From the IMG/VR virus record IMGVR_UViG_3300049460_000369: a stretch of 20,000 bases of DNA, one strand, 5' to 3'. Below are positions 15,434 through 20,000 of the stretch, piece after piece. Source of the DNA: an uncultured virus (IMG/VR IMGVR_UViG_3300049460_000369). Lineage: Duplodnaviria > Heunggongvirae > Uroviricota > Caudoviricetes. Each line of letters opens with the position of its first letter. The stretch's first letter is position 1. The notes under the pieces were generated by a model that was not told where the DNA came from, did not search any database, and saw only the letters and a program-made list of their open reading frames with translations. The position numbers were made by a program, and so were the translations under genes.

Positions 15434-16972
15434 ATGACACCAATTCGATCACAAAAATATGGAAATGACTGGGCAATTTTCTTGCCAAGTATTTCACAAA
15501 TGTACGTCCTCGCGCACTCACGTGGCTGGGAGCGTCAACCAGTCGACATGCGAATGCTCGACTTCCTCGATGAGAAAAATGCTCATCACTTCCACTATCC
15601 ATACGGCCTGTACTCGGCTGGACACGCACACCTGGACTTGTCCAAGAGCGATGACCGTGAGCCTATGATTCAGAAACGCGACAAGCAAAAGACCATTATG
15701 GTCGGCGACTCGGGCGGTTTCCAAGCAGCTACGGGCGTTTTGGATTTCGACTGGGCAAACCCTATGGGCGAGAAAGCTTGTGCTCAGCGTATTGAGTTGA
15801 TGCGTTGGTTGGAACACACTGCTGAATACAGCATGGTTCTGGATTGGCCAACTTGGGCTATTGGTTCGGGCCGTCTGCCTAAAGCATTGGAAACGTTTGA
15901 TCCAACGACCAATCCATTGGTTATGACCAACGATGCATTCAAAAATTGTATGAATGGCACCATTTGGAACAATGAATTCTTCATCAAACATCGCGTACCA
16001 GGCGCAACCAAGTTCCTGAACGTTTTGCACGGTCGAGCTGTTGATGAGGCTGATGTTTGGTATGATGCCATGACGCCATTCAGCGACAAGAAAAAGTACG
16101 GCGATCGTGCATTTGAAGGCTGGGCATTGGGTGGTAGTACTGGTGGCGATCCAAGCTTGGCTGCTCGTTTGTTGGTACGGCTGCGTGATGATAATTTGCT
16201 TGACGGCGATGATCGTTGGATTCACGTACTGGGCCGTAGTCGTTTGACCACTAGTGCGTATCTGACTATCTTGAATCAGGCGTTGAAAAAACACGTCAAC
16301 CCTGGTATTCAGGTTAGCTTTGATGCGGCATCCGCCTTCCTGTATGCTGTAAATGGCAATTATGTGGTTGACAAGAATATTTCACCCAAGGGCTTGAATC
16401 TCGTCTCGAACGAATTCCCGATGCATAAAAAATACATCAACAGCACTGAACCAATGATCTACAATTTGTCAGAAGAGCGTCTCAATCATCCAGAACACTT
16501 CAAAAGCAAGACCTCTGCATTGTTGAATATGGGTGACTTTATTTTGGCCCCAGAAGAAGGCCGTGAAACTGAAAAAGGGTATCGCATGGACACTGCATCG
16601 TATTACTACATCATGCACCACAATGTAGAAATGCAACTGCAAGCCATCGAAGAAGTCAATCGTAAATTGGATGCGCCAGATGCGAAGGACCATATCCCAT
16701 CCGATTTTTTGGCATATCGTGAATTCATTAATCAGGTTTTGACTTGTGAATCGCCAATGGATCTTATTAAACGCGAAGGTGGTCAATTTGCAGATTTGAT
16801 TTCTGGTGAACGACCAGGTGTGAACATGATTGAAGATCAATCCATGTTCCCAAGCTCAAATAAAGCAGAAGACGTGACTTACGAGAAGCGTGTGAACAAG
16901 AAGCCGGCGAAGAAAGCGGTGCTGGGTTCATATTACGACGACATTGTCACTAAGGCGGCAAATGGCAATTGA
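15434..16972 (+). CDS. TGT-fold guanine transglycosylase (tRNA-guanine transglycosylase / DpdA-like), divergent
   Basis: GDSGGFQ, MVLDWP, LNVLHG, GWALGG, WIHVLG, SFDAAS and HHN occur in the order of TGT catalytic motifs; start could be TTG 15422. Confidence 0.85.
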   Translation: MTPIRSQKYGNDWAIFLPSISQMYVLAHSRGWERQPVDMRMLDFLDEKNAHHFHYPYGLYSAGHAHLDLSKSDDREPMIQKRDKQKTIMVGDSGGFQAATGVLDFDWANPMGEKACAQRIELMRWLEHTAEYSMVLDWPTWAIGSGRLPKALETFDPTTNPLVMTNDAFKNCMNGTIWNNEFFIKHRVPGATKFLNVLHGRAVDEADVWYDAMTPFSDKKKYGDRAFEGWALGGSTGGDPSLAARLLVRLRDDNLLDGDDRWIHVLGRSRLTTSAYLTILNQALKKHVNPGIQVSFDAASAFLYAVNGNYVVDKNISPKGLNLVSNEFPMHKKYINSTEPMIYNLSEERLNHPEHFKSKTSALLNMGDFILAPEEGRETEKGYRMDTASYYYIMHHNVEMQLQAIEEVNRKLDAPDAKDHIPSDFLAYREFINQVLTCESPMDLIKREGGQFADLISGERPGVNMIEDQSMFPSSNKAEDVTYEKRVNKKPAKKAVLGSYYDDIVTKAANGN

Positions 16973-17414
16973 TATTGGCGTATCACTTCAGCTTGAACAT
17001 TTGGCGGAGGTCGAAGCATGGCTTGCCGCCAACGCCAAAGGTCGCAAGTATGACCAAGTGGTGAAGCGATACACTGATGGACCACATGTCTACCACAGGC
17101 ATGTGGTTCAATTTGAAGATGACATCATGGCGTTCGAATTCAAATTTGAAATGAGTCATGTGATCCTCCCCGCAATGCCAGAGCAACCCGTGGTTGTCCC
17201 AACTCCCACTATGTTCATTGTCAAACAAGAACATTGGCGTGAAGCTATGGGGTGGGTGATCGCGAATGTGACCGGCGTTGACTGGAGTGTAAGTCAATCC
17301 AGCTACCAAGTAGACGGCGAGTTCCATATGGCACAACTGTTCATCATCAAGGATGAAACCTTGGCTGCATTGTTCAAACTGGCCAATGCCCAATATATTG
17401 CAGAGACGCGATGA
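16962..17414 (+). CDS. Hypothetical protein with two W..N...FK(L/F) domains
   Basis: Overlaps the TGT stop; internal duplication separated by a Pro-rich linker. Confidence 0.8.
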   Translation: MAIDIGVSLQLEHLAEVEAWLAANAKGRKYDQVVKRYTDGPHVYHRHVVQFEDDIMAFEFKFEMSHVILPAMPEQPVVVPTPTMFIVKQEHWREAMGWVIANVTGVDWSVSQSSYQVDGEFHMAQLFIIKDETLAALFKLANAQYIAETR

Positions 17415-17704
17415 TATATTGGGTCATACCTGTACATAGACATCATCTGGTGCAAGATTGGCTATCTGAGAATCTTGCACCAGATGAGTGGACATATACC
17501 CCAAACGCATTGGACTTAACACATCCATATTCTGGTGGTAATTGGTTTTTTCGATACTTGCCCGTTAGTGTATTTGCATTCGAAGACGATGAGGCTTCTG
17601 CCTTATATGTGCGCTTCAAATTAACGTTCGCAGATATTATAGCTATGCAGTTTGACCATGAACCCGTAAACCCAATCCCATATGACAATATATTGGATTC
17701 TTAA
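17411..17704 (+). CDS. Hypothetical protein, W..N...FKL family
   Basis: ATGA overlap; WLSEN...FEDDEASALYVRFKL. Confidence 0.75.
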   Translation: MIYWVIPVHRHHLVQDWLSENLAPDEWTYTPNALDLTHPYSGGNWFFRYLPVSVFAFEDDEASALYVRFKLTFADIIAMQFDHEPVNPIPYDNILDS

Positions 17705-17945
17705 ACCATCAAAAGAAGCCAATAATCAAGTGAATGCCTGGATCCATGAGAACTATCCGGGCATTCATTATTTTGGTAAACTGGTTGCGATAACCCCTGA
17801 TTGGGATAACTATCGCTTCCCTCCACATTCTTCAATGTGTATTTGGTTTGACGACTGGCAAGATCCAGAAGTCAATATCATGTTCAAACTGGCGAATAGC
17901 AATGCCATCTTGGAACAAAGACTTGAAGAACCACCTAGTATCTAA
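17682..17945 (+). CDS. Hypothetical protein, W..N...FKL family
   Basis: WIHEN...FDDWQDPEVNIMFKL. Confidence 0.75.
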   Translation: MTIYWILKPSKEANNQVNAWIHENYPGIHYFGKLVAITPDWDNYRFPPHSSMCIWFDDWQDPEVNIMFKLANSNAILEQRLEEPPSI

Positions 17946-17947
17946 AA

Positions 17948-17976
17948 TTGCATCAACCACGTTGATACAATATACT
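17948..17976 (+). promoter_or_regulatory. Sigma70-like promoter
   Basis: TTGCAT-17 nt-TATACT. Confidence 0.55.
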
Positions 17977-18002
17977 GACAACCATAACAACAAGGAAACA
18001 CA

Positions 18003-18539
18003 ATGACTCACGAAATTATCGATCGTCACCAACCACTACGCTTCTTCAAAGGTCCCGAGATCGAGAAGACCAAATTCTTCGGCGAGCCTATGCTCCTGAC
18101 TTCAGGCGTATATGACTTCCAGGAATGCAAAGACATGCTGGTGAAAGAAAATGTGAAACACATCCTGCTGGGTGGCTTCATGTACGAATCTGGCACAAAA
18201 ATCCTGGGCACCCTGGACGAACAACGTGCGTTCGATCTGGTTAACAAACTGATCGCTGATGGCTACTACGTCACCCTGGAAATTCGTTCGGACCAAGTCA
18301 CCGACTCCCTGATCGAACTGTGCCCAGAAGCTGGCTCAACGGCTGCGGATCACTTCGTACTGATGGTAAGCTCCTACATGCCAAACCTGGACAAGATCGG
18401 CGCCTACACGACCCTGAAGCTGCATAGCGACTGGGAATCGAGTAATGGTGGCGTTATCTGTCTGGAAGCAGAAACCTTCCGTAAAGAAGGCCACCTGACT
18501 GGCTGGCGCGAATACGATCAAGACATCAAGCTGAAGTAA
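18003..18539 (+). CDS. Hypothetical protein (FF.G.E.E.T...G...L motif)
   Basis: SD AAGGA; C-ending codon bias; C-terminal LTGWREYDQD. Confidence 0.85.
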   Translation: MTHEIIDRHQPLRFFKGPEIEKTKFFGEPMLLTSGVYDFQECKDMLVKENVKHILLGGFMYESGTKILGTLDEQRAFDLVNKLIADGYYVTLEIRSDQVTDSLIELCPEAGSTAADHFVLMVSSYMPNLDKIGAYTTLKLHSDWESSNGGVICLEAETFRKEGHLTGWREYDQDIKLK

Positions 18540-18543
18540 TGAG

Positions 18544-18562
18544 ACGGGCGGAAGCCCGTTTT
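18544..18562 (+). terminator. Intrinsic terminator (GNRA loop)
   Basis: ACGGGC-GGAA-GCCCGT-TTT. Confidence 0.75.
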
Positions 18563-18580
18563 ACATAAAAGAAGAAGAAT

Positions 18581-19285
18581 ATGCGCAAACTAGGCAACGT
18601 TAAATTCGCAACCAATCGCACCACAGCCAATCTGAAGCTCAAAGGTAAGGCGATAAAGTCACGTAACACGATGCGTGATCTCATTGATAGTGCCAATCCG
18701 AAGAAACATTTACTTAGCTGGGGCGACGATAGCGACTCGTGTATGCCAGCCGATGATGAAGATGCACCAGTTATTATCGGCACTGGTGATATTTTGATCA
18801 ATCAGCCACTCAAGGTTGATTTGAAATTCCCAAACACCAGCGTGATGGCATTTCACATTGGTGTTTGGCGCCTAGCTTGCCCTAAAGCCACCGAAGCATT
18901 GATGCTAATCACCAGAAACAATCGGGCAGACGAACACGACTTGTTCGAAGAGGAAATCATCCTGACTTTCCCAACTGAAGAAGCCAAAATGGCATCTGTT
19001 GAATGGTGGGCAGAGTATCAGACACGTTACGATGTGTTCGGTGAAACTGCACTGCCACGGTTTACCCCGGGTAAAGCAGCAACCATTCATGCTTTGTCCA
19101 CCAAAGAGGATGGTAATAAGTATCATCCTGATGAGTGGGATTTGTTCCATACTTGGGTGTGGCTGGTCAAGAACACCAGTGGAAAAATCTGGTGGACGTC
19201 TGAGCTGTGGTTCTTCGAAGATTTGAGCGAGCTGAGCTTCTTCAAACTGTCAAGCCCAATCGAGCCACAATCTTACAAATTCTAA
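18581..19285 (+). CDS. Hypothetical protein with C-terminal W..N...FKL domain
   Basis: Basic N-terminus; C-terminal WLVKN...FFEDLSELSFFKL. Confidence 0.75.
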   Translation: MRKLGNVKFATNRTTANLKLKGKAIKSRNTMRDLIDSANPKKHLLSWGDDSDSCMPADDEDAPVIIGTGDILINQPLKVDLKFPNTSVMAFHIGVWRLACPKATEALMLITRNNRADEHDLFEEEIILTFPTEEAKMASVEWWAEYQTRYDVFGETALPRFTPGKAATIHALSTKEDGNKYHPDEWDLFHTWVWLVKNTSGKIWWTSELWFFEDLSELSFFKLSSPIEPQSYKF

Positions 19286-19286
19286 G

Positions 19287-19315
19287 TTGATCTTTTGTTC
19301 ATTTGAGTTTACAAT
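19287..19315 (+). promoter_or_regulatory. Sigma70-like promoter with CATTTGAG spacer element
   Basis: TTGATC-17 nt-TACAAT; CATTTGAG at 19300-19307. Confidence 0.65.
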
Positions 19316-19347
19316 GACTGTATTGTGAACTTGAACGGAAGATCAAA

Positions 19348-19578
19348 ATGGCAACCGAAAAAGCAAAACCGAAAACCCTGGCAGATCTGGTCGGTAAAGA
19401 AGTCCGGATCTATCCAGGTGACACCCGCGCCAAAACCGGTGTGATCGAGAGCATCACCGAACAGGGTGTGCTGTTCACCATCAAAACTTCCCAGTGCCCT
19501 TCCTACAAAGTCGGCACGCTCCACTTCATCGCATTCTCGGGGCGTCTGGATTTTGCCGAAATTCCTGCAAAGGCTTAA
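19348..19578 (+). CDS. Small protein, possible Sm/LSm-like or SH3-like beta-barrel
   Basis: LADLVGKEVRIY.G.....GVIESI...GVLF pattern resembles the Sm1 motif. Confidence 0.55.
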   Translation: MATEKAKPKTLADLVGKEVRIYPGDTRAKTGVIESITEQGVLFTIKTSQCPSYKVGTLHFIAFSGRLDFAEIPAKA

Positions 19579-19580
19579 TC

Positions 19581-20000
19581 ATGCGCTTACTTCTCGAAAC
19601 TCAAAACACTGGCTTTGAAGGCGTCATTCCATTTGAGGCCGAATCGGTTGAGTCAGCACAGGCTACAATGAAACAAACCATCGATGCTGCGGTGAAAGCT
19701 GGTTATGCTTACAAGGAACTACTTCATCGTGAGACCGCATACCTGCGCGAGCTGTATCAGCAGCGCAATAATCTGGCTTTAGACGAAATTTCCGATGATC
19801 TGAAAAACAAGATCAAGTCGGAAATGGAGCGCACGAGCACCAAAAACTTCCCACCACCACCCGATAACTTCACGTTCTACGGTATCGAACTGTCCATCGG
19901 CGACTTCGAGTACATGATAGAAGGTGAACGCGGCATGGTGACCTCGCCAAACATCATCACCGTGGACGCATTCTTTGCCTGCTTGGGCAAAGTTGATTGA
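19581..20000 (+). CDS. Hypothetical protein
   Basis: ATG 2 nt after the previous stop; TGA ends at 20000; central coiled-coil-like segment. Confidence 0.75.
   Translation: MRLLLETQNTGFEGVIPFEAESVESAQATMKQTIDAAVKAGYAYKELLHRETAYLRELYQQRNNLALDEISDDLKNKIKSEMERTSTKNFPPPPDNFTFYGIELSIGDFEYMIEGERGMVTSPNIITVDAFFACLGKVD

Noticed and set aside
1..20000. Stop-codon reassignment as seen in some large phages
   Set aside because: Known proteins are full length in the standard code, and TAA, TGA and TAG (9231-9233) all end genes at sensible boundaries
1..20000. CRISPR array, tRNA or rRNA genes
   Set aside because: No regularly spaced direct repeats or cloverleaf/T-loop signatures seen in the short intergenic gaps by eye

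Overview
Gene-dense 20 kb window, almost certainly from a large (jumbo, T4-related) tailed-phage genome. It has about 35 tightly packed ORFs, mostly short and on the + strand, with sigma70-like promoters, T4-late-like (C/T)ATAAATA boxes and many intrinsic terminators. Recognisable genes: type IIA topoisomerase ATPase/TOPRIM subunit, ClpX, translation initiation factor IF3, a stand-alone CheY-like receiver, an ABA-sandwich-like protein, a PD-(D/E)xK restriction-endonuclease-like protein, an Hsp20 with a ROSE-like RNA thermometer, a cyclic-phosphate-processing receiver-like protein, ClpS and a divergent TGT/DpdA-like transglycosylase. Main points for follow-up: (1) a host proteostasis/translation take-over set (ClpX with remodelled substrate loops but intact IGF loop, ClpS, sHsp, IF3); (2) a divergent TGT-fold enzyme and a PvuII-like nuclease that could form a phage modification/restriction pair; (3) five copies of an unnamed W..N...F.D...FKL domain; (4) a conserved CAWnTGAA element at a fixed position in several promoters; (5) a C-skewed block ending at a palindrome-rich intergenic gap (possible origin). 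All family calls come from reading motifs by eye; no searches were run.
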